A stretch of DNA of 64,000 nt from Pristiophorus japonicus (GCF_044704955.1 NC_091992.1:3968001-4032000), one strand, 5' to 3'; positions 52,831 through 64,000 are shown, numbered from the stretch's first letter. Made by a program: numbers and translations. The notes: generated by a model not told the origin, from the sequence alone.

Positions 52831-53089
52831 CTGAGGGAGCAACACAGCTCATCAACCATTCCGTGGCCCCGTCCCTGCCCCTCCCTACCCCCCCTCCAGC
52901 CCCTAAACCTCCGCCCCTCCCTAACCCCCTCCGTGGCCTCGTCCCTGACCCTCCCCAACCCCTCCGTGGCCCATCACCATCCCCAAAACCCCCTCCCTAA
53001 CCATTCCGTGGCCTCGTCCCTGCCCCTCCCTAACCCCCTCCAGCCCCTAAACCTCTGCCCCTCCCGAACCTCCTCCAGGGCCCCTCCCC

Positions 53090-54843
53090 ATCCCCGTAAC
53101 CCCCTCCAGACTCTACACCCCTCCCTATCTCTGTAACCACCTCCAGCCCCGACACCCCTCCCTATCTCTGTAACCACCTCCAGCCCCGACACCCCTCCCT
53201 ATCTCTGTAACCACCTCCAGCCCCGACACCCCTCCCTATCTCTGTAACCTTCTCCAGCCCAGACACCCCTCCCTATCTCTGTAACCACCTCCAGCCCCTA
53301 CACCCCTCCCTATCTCTGTAACCACCTCCAGCCCAGACACCCCTCCCTATCTCTGTAACCACCTCCAGCCCCTACACCCCTCCCTATCTCTGTAACCACC
53401 TCCAGCCCAGACACCCCTCCCTATCTCTGTAACCCCCTCCAGACTCTACACCCCTCCCTATCTCTGTAACCACCTCCAGCCCCGACACCCCTCCCTATCT
53501 CTGTAACCCCCTCCAGCCCCTACACCCCTCCCTATCTCTGTAACCACCTCCAGCCCCGACACCCCTCCCTATCTCTGTAACCACCTCCAGCCCCGACACC
53601 CCTCCCTATCTCTGTAACCCCCTCCAGCCCCTACACCCCTCCCTATCTCTGCAACTCCCTCCAGCCCCGACACCCCTCCCTATCTCTGTAACCACCTCCA
53701 GCCCCGACACCCCTCCCTATCTCTGTAACCACCTCCAGCCCCGACACCCCTCCCTATCTCTGTAACCCCCTCCAGCCCCTACACTCCTCCCTATCTCTGT
53801 AACCTCCTCCAGCCCCGACATCCCTCCCTATCTCTGTAACTTCCTCCAGCCCCTACACCCCTCCCTATCTCTGTAACCTCCTCCAGCCCCTACACCCCTC
53901 CCCATCTCTGTAACCTCCTCCAGCCCCAACACCCCTCCCCATCTCTGTAACCTCCTCCAGCCCCTACACCCCTCCCTATCTCTGTAACTATTGTGTTCCT
54001 AACACAGATGAGACTGCACACAGGGAGGTTAAAGTAACAGTGACCTCAGTCTTTAATAAGACACTCCAGAGTGAGGAGCAGGCCACAGGGGCCGGCTTAT
54101 ATACAGTGCTCCCAAGGGATGCTGGGGTCCCTTGGGACTTCAGGGGATGCGCTCCCTGGTGGCGGAACATGGGAGTGCATGCTTTACAGATACACAACAG
54201 TAACCTCCTCCTGTCCTATACCCCTTCCTATCTCTGTAAACCCCTCCAGCCCCTACACCTTTCCCTATCTCTGTAACCCCCTCCAGCCCCTACACCCCTC
54301 CCTATCTCTGTAACCTCCTCCAGCCCCTACACCCCTCCCTATCTCTGTAACCCCCTCCAGCCCCGACACCCCTCCCTATCTGTAACCCCCTCCAGCCCCG
54401 ACACCCCTCCCTATCTCTGTAACCCCCTCCAGCCCCGATACCCCTCCCTATCTCTGTAACTCCCTCCAGCCCCTACACCCCTCCCTATCTCTGTAATCCC
54501 CTCCAGCCCCTACACCCCTCCCTATTTCTAAACTCCTTCAGCCCCTACACCCCTCCCTATTTCTGTAACCTCCTCCAGCCCCTACACCCCTCCCTATCTC
54601 TGTAACCTCCTCCAGCCACTACACCCCTCCCTATCTCTGTAACCTCCTCCAGTTCTACACACCTCCCTATCTCTAACCTCCTCCAGCCCCTACACCCCTC
54701 ACTATCTCTGTAACCTCCTCAAGCATAACAACCCTCCAAGATCTCTGCACTCCTCCAATTCTGGCCTCTTGCGCCTCCCCGCTTTCCATCGCTTCACCAT
54801 TGGCGGCCGTGCCTTTAGCTGCCTGGGCCCCGAGCTCTGGAAC
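53090..54843 (+). repeat. L2-derived 37-bp minisatellite (about 38 units) running into normal L2 sequence
   Basis: Unit CCCCTCCCTATCTCTGTAACCACCTCCAGCCCCGACA corresponds to L2 'APPYLCNLLQP'; L2 resumes at 54722-54843 and 55267-55470. Confidence 0.9.
53989..54199 (-). mobile_element. Solo LTR of the same Gypsy family
   Basis: 211 bp, reverse complement of the LTRs above; 5-bp TSD GTAAC (53984-53988 and 54200-54204). Confidence 0.96.
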
Positions 54844-54852
54844 ACGGTACGT

Positions 54853-55265
54853 TACCGCAGTGGTTATGTTACAGGATCAGTAATCCAGACCCTGGACTAA
54901 TGATCCGGAGACGTGAGTTCAGATCCCGTCACGGCAGCTGGGAATTTAACTTCAGTTAATCAAAATAAATCTGGAATAAAAAGCTCGAACCCAACTGGTT
55001 CACTAATGCCCTTTAGGGAAGGAAATCTGCTGCCCTTACCCGGTCTGACCGATATGTGACTCCAGACCCACAGCAATGTGGTTGATTCTGAACTACCCGC
55101 TGAAATGGCCCAGCGAGACACTGCGTTACACCAAACCGCTGCGGCAAATTCACTGTAGGGAGCACCTTCACCTCACGGACTGCAGCGGTTCAAGACGGCG
55201 GCTTAGGGATGGGCGATAAATGCCGGCCTTGCCAGCGACGCCCACATCCCAGGAACAAATAAATA
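54853..55265 (+). mobile_element. tRNA-derived SINE with RTEX-like tail, nested in L2
   Basis: 3' end matches the 3' UTR of 25600-26068; splits the L2 sequence at CTCTGGAAC|TCCCTCC. Confidence 0.7.
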
Positions 55266-55565
55266 AAACTCCCTCCGCAAACCTCTCCGTCTCTCTCTCC
55301 TCCTTTAAAGAAGCTCCTTAAAACTGACCTCTTTGACCCAGTTTTTAGTCTCCTGTCCGAATAGCTCCTTTTGTGGCTCGGTGACAAACCTTGTCTGATA
55401 ACGCTCCTGTGAAGCACCTTGGGACGTTTTACAAGGTTAAAGGCGCTATATAAATGCAAGATGTTGCTGCTGGAGCAAGTCAGAGCAAAGACTGGGACAC
55501 ACAGACACTCGGGGCTCGATCCTCAGACCGCATCGTGCACCAACTTAAAAACAGCATCAAGGACA

Positions 55566-56512
55566 GGTACAGGGGGTTAGATACAGAGTAAAGCTCCCTC
55601 TACACTGTCCCATCAAACACTCCCAGGGCAGGTACAGCACAGGGTTAGATACAGAGTAAAGCTCCCTCTATACTGTCCCATCAAACACTCCCAGGGCAGG
55701 TACAGGGGGTTAGATACAGAGTAAAGCTCCCTCTACCCTGTCCCATCAAACACTCCCAGGGCAGGTACAGGGGGTTAGATACAGAGTAAAGCTCCATCTA
55801 CACTGTCCCATCAAACACTCCCAGGGCAGGTACAGGGGGTTAGATACAGAGTAAAGCTCCCTCTACACTGTCCCATCAAACACTCTCAGGGCAAGTACAG
55901 GGGGTTAGATACAGAGTAAAGCTCCCTCTACAGTGTCCCATCAAACACTCCCAGGGCAGGTACAGGGGGTTAGATACAGAGTAAAGCTCCCTCTACACTG
56001 TCCCATCAAACACTCCCAAGGCAGGTACAGGGGGTGAGATACAGAGTAAAGCTCCCTCTACACTGTCCCATCAAACACTCCCAGGGCAGGTACAGCACGG
56101 GGTTAGATACAGAGTAAAGGTCCCTCTACACTGTCCCATCAAACACTCCCAGGGCAGGTACAGCACGGGTTAGATACAGAGTAAAGCTCCCTCTACACTG
56201 TCCCGTCAAACACTCCCAGGGCAGGTACAGCACGGGATTAGATACAGAGTAAAACTCCCTCTGCACTGTCCCATCAAACACTCCCAGGGCAGGTACAGCA
56301 CAGGTTAGATACGGAGTAAAGCTCCCTCTACACTGTCCCATCAAACACTCCCAGGGCAGGTACAGCACGGGTTAGATACAGAGTAAAGCTCCCTCTACAC
56401 TGTCCCATCAAACACTCCCAAGGCAGGTACAGGGGGTTAGATACAGAGTAAAGCTCCCTCTACACTGTCCCATCAAACACTCCCAGGGCAGGTACAGGGG
56501 GTTAGATACAGA
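55566..56512. repeat. 65-70-bp tandem array (about 14 units), inverse of 33935-34292
   Basis: GGTACAGGGGGTTAGATACAGAGTAAAGCTCCCTCTACACTGTCCCATCAAACACTCCCAGGGCA. Confidence 0.95.
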
Positions 56513-56533
56513 GACCAGAATACCATCCCTCAC

Positions 56534-56590
56534 CGTGTGGGTCTCCAGTCTGAAATGTTCCATTGATTTGTGACACAGCGAGCATTGAAC
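56534..56590 (-). CDS. XAF1: XAF1 coding exon 3
   Basis: 57 bp; VQCSLCHKSMEHFRLETHT. Confidence 0.9.
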
Positions 56591-56679
56591 CTGCATCAAA
56601 GAAATAAATCAGAGTGAGACACAGGCCCTGGGCGCGGATTGCAGACACACGGCACTGCTCAGCTACCGCTCCTTAGCCC

Positions 56680-57180
56680 AGTCTGTGTCTGTCGCTGCCT
56701 CTAACCTGTGTCTGTGTCTGTCACTGCCTCTGATGTGTCTGTGTCTGTCGCTGCCTCTAACCTGTGTCTGTGTCTGTCTGTCGCTGCCTCTGACCTGTCT
56801 GTGTCTGTGTCTGTCGCTGCCTCTGACCTGTGTCTGTGTCTGTCTGTCGCTGCCTCTGACCTGTCTGTGTCTGTGTCTGTCGCTGCCTCTAACCTGTGTC
56901 TGTGTCTGTCGGTCACTGCCTCTGACCTGTCTGTGTCTGTGTCTGTCGCTGCCTCTGACCTGTGTCTGTGTCTGTCTGTCGCTGCCTCTGACCTGTCTGT
57001 GTCTGTGTCTGTCGCTGCCTCTAACCTGTGTCTGTGTCTGTCGGTCACTGCCTCTGACCTGTCTGTGTCTGTGCCTGTGTGTGTGTGTGTGTGGCTGACC
57101 TGTCTGTGTCTGTGTCTGTCGCTGCCACTGACCTGTCTGTGTCTGTGCCTGTGTGTGTCTGTGTGTGGCTGACCTGTCTG
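56680..57180. repeat. TG/TC-rich minisatellite containing copies of the XAF1 exon 2 donor
   Basis: Unit ~GTCGCTGCCTCTGACCTGTCTGTGTCTGTGTCT. Confidence 0.9.
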
Positions 57181-57309
57181 TGCTGGGTTTCATGGTGAGC
57201 CTGTAACTCAGCCCTGGGCACGGTCTCACCGCAGAGTGAGCACAGTTGGATGAATCGCCTGCAGTGAATCTCGTGAATGCGATAATTCAAGGTGGTCACA
57301 TCCTTCTTG
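57174..57309 (-). CDS. XAF1: XAF1 coding exon 2
   Basis: 136 bp; KKDVTTLNYRIHEIHCRRFIQLCSLCGETVPRAELQAHHETQHRQ (TRAF-type zinc fingers). Confidence 0.92.
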
Positions 57310-58049
57310 CTGCAGAGAGAGAGAGACAAGAGACCCAGGTTAACAATTGGTTAGATTCCAGTCCGGATCCTCCTCCTGTGCATTGCCCAGACTGGCACCC
57401 TGACCAGCCGACTGTGGGCAGCANNNNNNNNNNNNNNNNNNNNNNNNNNNNNNNNNNNNNNNNNNNNNNNNNNNNNNNNNNNNNNNNNNNNNNNNNNNNN
57501 NNNNNNNNNNNNNNNNNNNNNNNNNNNNNNNNNNNNNNNNNNNNNNNNNNNNNNNNNNNNNNNNNNNNNNNNNNNNNNNNNNNNNNNNNNNNNNNNNGAG
57601 AGAGAGGGAGGGAGGAGAGAGGAGAGAGGGGAGAGGGGAGCGGGGAGCGGGGAGCGGGGAGGAGAGGGAGAGACAATCAGAAAGCGAATGCGAGACAGAC
57701 AGATGAAGAGAGAACCATATGGACGAGAGATACACATACAGGAAGAGGGAGAGACAGAGAAACAGACAGAGACAGAGATGTTAGGCACAGGAGGCCATTC
57801 AGCTCCTCATGTCTGTACTAGCTCTGTACCACAGCAATTCTGCTTCCAGTGCACAATAGGCGTCTCAAGCCACTGCTTCACGAGCAGAGAGTTCCCCCAA
57901 TCAACACCGTCAAAACTGATTCACGGGTCATTTGCGGTTTCTGGAATCTTGCTGTGCACAGATTGTCTGCTACATTTATCAACATAACAATTGTGACACA
58001 GCTCTTCCAAAGTGACTCAATGCTTTGGGAATCCCGAGGATGCGTTAAG

Positions 58050-58300
58050 AATCCTAGAATCATACAGCACGGGAGGCCATTCGGCCCATTGAGCCTGTGC
58101 CGGCTCTGTGACAGAGCGATCCAATCAGTCCCACTCCCCCGCTCTTTCCCCATACCCTGAATTATTCCTCGTCTTGTATTTATCCAATTCCCGTTTGAAA
58201 GTTATTATTGAATCTGCTCCCATCGCCCTTTCAGGCAGCGCGTTCCCGATCACAACTCGCTGCATAAAAACATTCTCCTCATCTCCCCCTCTGGTTTTTT
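58050..58300 (-). mobile_element. CR1 3' fragment
   Basis: Very similar to 32375-32620. Confidence 0.8.
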
Positions 58301-58746
58301 AAGGTTCTACATAGACACAAGTTCTTAGTCAATCCCTTGGGGACAGAGCAAAGTGTCTGTTGACGGAAGGCGCGGTCAGTCGGAGGGAGGGGAGGACGGA
58401 GGGCGTGGTTGGTCAGTCGGAGGGAGGGGAGGACGGAGGGAGGGGAGGACAGAGGGAGGGGTTGGTCAGTCGGAGGGAGGGGATATGACAGAGACAGTGC
58501 CGCTCAGTCTGGTGGACAATCGCCCATTCTCATTCAACAACATAATCTATTCTGGTCTGAGTTGCTCCCAAAATAAACACTACCCCGGGGTTTAACGGCG
58601 TTTACAATCTGCACCACCATCGAGCCGAGGGCTCTGTCCCCAGATGTTGGCAGCTGTATCCCAGACTGAGGCAAGAGGAGATCACGAGCGGGAAGTGGGA
58701 GGGGATGGGTGTGTGACTGCGAGTTTGGATCAATCCGTCTCCCTAC

Positions 58747-58784
58747 CAGTTACTGCAAAACGTCGACGGCTCATCCTCCTCCAT
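58747..58784 (-). CDS. XAF1: XIAP-associated factor 1, first coding exon
   Basis: ATG at 58784; MEEDEPSTFCSN(C); donor GTAGG; exon acceptor at 58838-58839; phase 2 joins the next exon to complete CxxC. Confidence 0.85.
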
Positions 58785-58883
58785 CACCAGCAGCGGTCAG
58801 GCCGTCACTCTGCCAGAATCCAGCCCCACGATCAGACCTGGTGCCAAGTAGCACAAAACAGGGTGAGCAAAGACCACCACTGA

Positions 58884-59100
58884 TGGCACGCACACCCTGA
58901 CACGACTGGCACGCACACCCTGACACGACTGGCACGCACACCCTGACACGACTGGCACGCACACCCTGACACGACTGGCACGCACATCCTGACACGACTG
59001 GCACTCACACCCTGACACGACTGGCACGCACACCCAGACACGACTGGCACGCACACCCTGACACGACTGGCACGCACACCCTGACACGACTGGCACGCAC
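58884..59100. repeat. 23-bp tandem array (about 9 units)
   Basis: TGGCACGCACACCCTGACACGAC. Confidence 0.95.
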
Positions 59101-59199
59101 ACCCACGCACGGCCGTTCACACCCAGACTCATACACAACTGTCCACATTCATATACAACTTGTACGCACACACTCCGAGACACACAGTGACAGCGGACA

Positions 59200-59545
59200 G
59201 CAGTGTAGTGCTTGTATTACTGGACTAGTAACCCAGAGAATGTGAGTTTAAATCCCACCACGGCTAATTGAGAATTTGAATTCTATTTTAAAACATCTGG
59301 AAATGAAAATCTGGTGTCAGTAATGGCGAGCGTGAAGCTGTGGGATTGTGGGAAGGAATCCTGCCACCCTTACCCAGTCTGGGTCTATAGGTGACTCCAG
59401 TCCCAAACCCACGTCGTTGGCCTTTAACTGCCCTGTGACGTGGCCCAGCGAGACACTCCGTTGTATAAGGCGGCTCACCACCACCTTCTCAGGGTAACTA
59501 GGGATGGGCAATAAATGCCGGCCTTGCCAGCGACACCCACATTAT
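59200..59545 (+). mobile_element. tRNA-derived SINE with RTEX-like tail
   Basis: Same family as 54853-55265. Confidence 0.7.
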
Positions 59546-59760
59546 TGAGTTTCCTCAACAGGGCTATGTGTTTCTGAGGGTTTGGGTTCAGTGCAGTGAC
59601 TCCAGATCACTCTCTGCGAGGGGTTGTGTGTGAACACATTCCAAATGTAATCCAATCCCCTCCCCTCACCCCAGCCACTCAGTTGCACCCCCAGACTCTT
59701 ACCGACAGACGGTCTCTGCCTCAGTCTCTCTCCCGGGCTCTGTCGGTCTCTCGCTGCTTC

Positions 59761-59833
59761 CTTTCACTTTCACTTTCACTGGTTTCGTTGTTCAGATGTT
59801 GGTTGTTTGTTGGCCCCTGGACAATTCCCAGAA
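59761..59833 (-). promoter_or_regulatory. XAF1 promoter: tandem IRF-E/ISRE plus GAS element
   Basis: Minus strand GAAACCAGTGAAAGTGAAAGTGAAAG (59786-59761) and TTCCCAGAA (59825-59833), just upstream of a putative non-coding exon ending at 59703 with donor GTAAG. Confidence 0.75.
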
Positions 59834-60271
59834 TGGAAACCAGTCCCAGCAGGATGTCTGCTCCAGCGGCATGGCTCTGAGTGTCAGTGCAGGAGGGGCC
59901 CGGGGCCCGGGGCCCGGCCCCCTCACCGGCAACGTGGGCTGGCACGGTCCCCACAGGGTCATCGGGGAGGGGGACAAAACCGGAGAGAGGAGAATCAGGG
60001 AAATTCACAAAACGTACAGGGCTGGATAGTGGCTAGTGGTCTGGGCACAGGGGGCGCAGGGGGCAGAGGGGGCGCAGGGGGCAGAGGGGGGGACAGTCAC
60101 TGTATAGATCATTAGATGAAAAAAAACACAATTCTGAATTGTTTCAATGTTTTTATTGAACATTGATAACTGACACACTCCGATACTATTTAAAAATAAA
60201 CATTTATAAATCACTGACAGCACAATCCTGTGGCAGTGCAAACATTTAAAATTGCATTTGTAACAAACAGT

Positions 60272-60445
60272 TCAATAAAATGAGTTAAACTGGCCCAGAC
60301 TCCTGCTCGGACTGGAAGGGGTAACCGTTGGTATTTCGAGGTTCGGAGTTTCGAGCGGCGGTCCTGCAGGATGTGCTCTCACAGGGCCAGGAGTGTGCAG
60401 CGGGTACGGAGCAGGCTCGAGGGGCTGAACGGCCTCCACCTGTCT
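60272..60445 (-). CDS. Candidate terminal coding exon of the INPP5K-like gene
   Basis: Acceptor TCTTCAGTCTGCCTTCCACTCGCAG, phase-0 57-aa Pro-rich frame, minus-strand AATAAA at 60157-60152. No homology support. Confidence 0.35.
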   Translation of the reverse strand, partial: RQVEAVQPLEPAPYPLHTPGPVRAHPAGPPLETPNLEIPTVTPSSPSRSLGQFNSFY

Positions 60446-60883
60446 CTGCGAGTGGAAGGCAGACTGAAGAATCTAACTGGGTCTGGTGACACCATCACTC
60501 TGCATCCTTTCCGTCATTTCTTCTCTCTCCCCCATACACCCTCGCTCCTCCTCCCCTCGCCCCCTTTCCCTCATTCTCTCCCCTCCTCCCCTCTCTCTCT
60601 CCATCCTCTCTCCGCTTCCACCCCACTCCACCCCTCTCTCTCGTCTCCCTCCAGCCCTCTCACCTCTCTCTCTCCACCCACCCNNNNNNNNNNNNNNNNN
60701 NNNNNNNNNNNNNNNNNNNNNNNNNNNNNNNNNNNNNNNNNNNNNNNNNNNNNNNNNNNNNNNNNNNNNNNNNNNNNNNNNNNNNNNNNNNNNNNNNNNN
60801 NNNNNNNNNNNNNNNNNNNNNNNNNNNNNNNNNNNNNNNNNNNNNNNNNNNNNNNNNNNNNNNNNNNNNNNNNNNNNNNNNNN

Positions 60884-62300
60884 GGGAGGTGGGGAGAGAG
60901 GGAGGGGGGAGGTGGGGAGAGAGGGAGGGGGGAGGTGGGGAGAGAGGGAGGGGGGAGGTGGGGAGAGAGGGAGGGGGGAGGTGGGGAGAGAGGGAGGGGG
61001 GAGGTGGGGAGAGAGGGAGGGGGGAGGTGGGGAGAGAGGGAGGGGGGAGGTGGGGAGAGAGGGAGGGGGGAGGTGGGGAGAGAGGGAGGGGGGAGGTGGG
61101 GAGAGAGGGAGGGGGGAGGTGGGGAGAGAGGGAGGGGGGAGGTGGGGAGAGAGGGAGGGGGGAGGTGGGGAGGTGGGGAGAGAGGGAGGGGGGAGGTGGG
61201 GGAGAGAGGGAGGGGGGAGGTGGGGAGAGAGGGAGGGGGGAGGTGGGGAGAGAGGGAGGGGGGAGGTGGGGAGAGAGGGAGGGGGGAGGTGGGGAGAGAG
61301 GGAGGGGGGAGGTGGGGAGAGTGGGAGGGGGAGGTGGGGAGAGAGGGAGGAGAGAGGGAGGGGGGAGGTGGGGAGAGAGGGAGGGGGGAGGTGGGGAGAG
61401 AGGGAGGGGGGAGGTGGGGAGAGAGGGAGGGGGGAGGTGGGGAGAGAGGGAGGGGGGAGGTGGGGAGAGAGGGAGGGGGGAGGTGGGGAGAGAGGGAGGG
61501 GGGAGGTGGGGAGAGAGGGAGGGAGAGAGGGAGGGGGGAGGTGAGGAGAGAGGGAGGGGGGAGGTGGGGAGAGAGGGAGGGGCGAGGTGGGGAGAGAGGG
61601 AGGGGCGAGGTGGGGAGAGAGGGAGGGGGGAGGTGGGGAGAGAGGGAGGGGGGAGGTGGGGAGAGAGGGAGGGGGGAGGTGAGGAGAGAGGGAGGGGGGA
61701 GGTGGGGAGAGAGGGAGGGGCGAGGTGGGGAGAGAGGGAGGGGGGAGGTGGGGAGAGAGGGAGGGGGGAGGTGAGGAGAGAGGGAGGGGCGAGGTGGGGA
61801 GAGAGGGAGGGGGGAGGTGGGGAGAGAGGGAGGGGGGAGGTGGGGAGAGAGGGAGGGGCGAGGTGGGGAGAGAGGGAGGGGGGGAGGGGGGAGGTGGGGG
61901 AGAGAGGGAGGGGGGAGTGAGGGAGGGGGGGAGGTGAGGAGAGAGGGAGGGGGGAGGTGGGGAGAGAGGGAGGGGGGAGGTGGGGAGAGAGGGAGGGGGG
62001 AGGTGGGGAGAGAGGGAGGGGGGGAGGTGAGGAGAGAGGGAGGGGGAAGGTGGGGAGAGAGGGAGGGGGGAGGTGGGGAGAGAGGGAGGGGGGAGGTGGG
62101 GAGAGAGGGAGGGGGGAGGTGGGGAGAGAGGGAGGGGGGGAGGTGGGAGGGGGGAGGTGAGGAGAGAGGGAGGGGGGAGGTGGGGAGAGAGGGAGGGGGG
62201 AGGTGGGGAGAGAGGGAGGGGGGAGGTGGGGAGAGAGGGAGGGGGGAGGTGGGGAGAGAGGGAGGGGAGGGGGGGGAGAGAGGGAGGGGGGAGGTGGGAG
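60884..62300. repeat. 23-bp polypurine array next to a gap
   Basis: GGGGAGAGAGGGAGGGGGGAGGT. Confidence 0.95.
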
Positions 62301-63396
62301 TGGGGGAGGGTGGGATTGAAGCCCTGCAGTTTCGCCCCGGGCAGGATTTCCCAAACCCTGTATGACAGGCCCCAGGGGAGCAGATCCCTGGTTGCCCCTC
62401 CCGGCGATGCTGGCGACTGCCACACTCCGAGGTTTCACTGCCCCTCATAAAACAGGAGCTGGTCGCTGGCCCGGGGGGTGTGGGGGTGTGGGGGAGGGTT
62501 CCCAACTCTCCAGGGCTGGCCTGGAGTCTCCAGGAATTGACGATTAATCTTCCGGACTCTGTCACGAGCAACACCCGGGGGAGAAATCATCGGGAAAGTA
62601 AAATAATTGGGCTTTTTCATATTCTTTGAATACTTTTCTTTGAGGTACAGAAATTTTAGAAATCAGAAAAAAGTTTGTTCGACTGGACGGAGGTCATGTG
62701 ATGAAGGAATATGTCCAGAGTGGCCGCGCTCTTGTTAATTGTCCCCCGTATCAGCGACCTGAGTGTCCGTCCATTAACCCATTCCCCCCTTCTCACTGTG
62801 GGACCGAAAGGCGTATTCCCCAAATACTCGCTTTCGGCACAGTCGGAGAGGTCACACGCTGGGTTAAAGTTTTTCTGATGAGCACGGATCGAAGTTTAGA
62901 TCAAAGCAGAGAATGTCTCCACAGGTAAGGAGATGCTCGAAGGTGTGAGAGTCATTCAGCCATTGTGTGAATGTGGTCACCTGTGTGTTATAGTAATAAT
63001 GGTCATGGCACGAGTCGATGGCGGCAATAAGCCCCGAATGCAGGACTTTGGGAACTGGTCATTCAGTTTATATCGTCAGTCTGTTATAGTTGTACGTACT
63101 GTTGGCGTACTATTGATAGTATGCATGGAATGGAGAGTGCCAAGACCCGATACTGTGTGCGAACAGACACGAATTGGAGTGTGTGTCTCAAGAGCAGACA
63201 CTGGGAGAGGGATCCTGTGTGTCACAAGCAGGGAGCGTGACTGGTTCTGTGAAGTGTGGGTCTCGGTAACTTTCACACCGATTGTTGTGTCGTGTGAAGT
63301 TTAAATAAAGACCTGATCCTGTCATTACTGGGACCAAGTGTGTGCGCAATCTGTTGTTCAAAGCAACGGAACAAAAAAAAGCAGCCCGACTCTCAC

Positions 63397-63589
63397 CTCC
63401 AGGCAGAAGGTTCCGGACACCGGCTTGTGGTCACTGATTCCGTACTCCATTTGGCTCCCGTAGGTGTTTAGTGTCACCGCGATGGGATGATTCAAGTCCG
63501 AGCACCGAGCCCCACTCCCGCCATCCTGCACCTGTTCTTTAACTTTCCAAAGGATCCGGTCGGTCCAGGCTGGCTTCCGTTTCTTCCCG
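63397..63589 (-). CDS. INPP5K: Inositol polyphosphate 5-phosphatase (INPP5K/INPP5J type), last catalytic-domain exon
   Basis: [18 protein letters not shown]...[22 protein letters not shown] carries the PAWTDRIL and SDHKPV motifs; [13 protein letters not shown] resembles INPP5K most. Family is certain, exact orthology is not. Confidence 0.8.
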
Positions 63590-64000
63590 CTGTGGGGGAG
63601 AGGGAGGGGCAGCAAGAGGTGAGCATGGAGGGGACCCGAGGGGTGTGTCTGGGAGGGGGGTCGAGGGGTGTGTTTGGGAGGGGAGGGGGTCGAGGGGTGG
63701 ATCTGGAAGGGGAGGGGAGGTGGACCCGAGTAGTGGATCTGGGAGGGGAGGGAGGGCCGAGGGGTGGGTCTGGGAGGGGAGGGGAGGGAGAGGGGGGCCG
63801 AGGGGTGGGTCTGCGAGGGGAGGGGGTGGGTCTGCGAGGGGAGGGGGAGGAGGGCCGAGGGGTGGGTCTGGGAGGGGAGGGGGAGGGTCTGGGTGGAGAG
63901 GGGCCGAGGGGTGGGTCTGGGAGGGGAGGGGGAGGGGGAGGGGGAGGGGGGCCGAGGGGAGGGGAGGGGGAGGGGGGCGAGGGGAGGGGGGCGAGGGGAG

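Noticed and set aside
49374-58784. TRAFD1 instead of XAF1
   Set aside because: HEIHC resembles TRAFD1, but the 271-aa length, CxxC in the 57-bp exon, CGSRTE, C-terminal finger and TEKT1 linkage favour XAF1.
59998-60008. NF-kB site GGGAAATTCAC upstream of XAF1
   Set aside because: Imperfect match to GGGRNNYYCC; too weak alone.
62460-63360. ORFs 62698-62928 and 62933-63304 as genes
   Set aside because: No recognisable motifs or exon structure; the region is intronic to the phosphatase gene.

Overview
This is vertebrate nuclear DNA, not prokaryotic. The SINE/LINE content points to a cartilaginous fish (shark), which is an inference. It is GC-rich and repeat-dense, with three N gaps (10716-11247, 57424-57597, 60684-60883). 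Four spliced genes were rebuilt by hand from GT-AG boundaries and reading phase. (1) An SLC25A1-like mitochondrial citrate carrier on the minus strand, exons 1-7 at 19227->2214; its last exons were not found in the window. (2) TEKT1 on the plus strand, complete 402-aa CDS at 22006->34541, head-to-head with the carrier across a CpG-rich promoter with CCAAT boxes and RFX X-boxes. (3) XAF1 on the minus strand, complete 271-aa CDS at 58784->49374, with a tandem ISRE/IRF-E plus GAS promoter. (4) The 3' part of an INPP5K/J-type inositol 5-phosphatase on the minus strand. The rest is CR1, L2, RTE and RTEX-like LINEs, Deu-type and other SINEs, Penelope-like fragments, a decayed Gypsy LTR element plus a solo LTR, and many minisatellites. 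The most notable observations are: repeated in-situ tandem expansion of the same short segment inside independent transposon copies; LTRs ending TG...TA; a Penelope-like, hammerhead-bearing insertion at the XAF1 stop codon; and a probable second citrate-carrier paralogue that may share ciliary (RFX) regulation with tektin-1. Almost all long ORFs in the supplied track are repeat artefacts.
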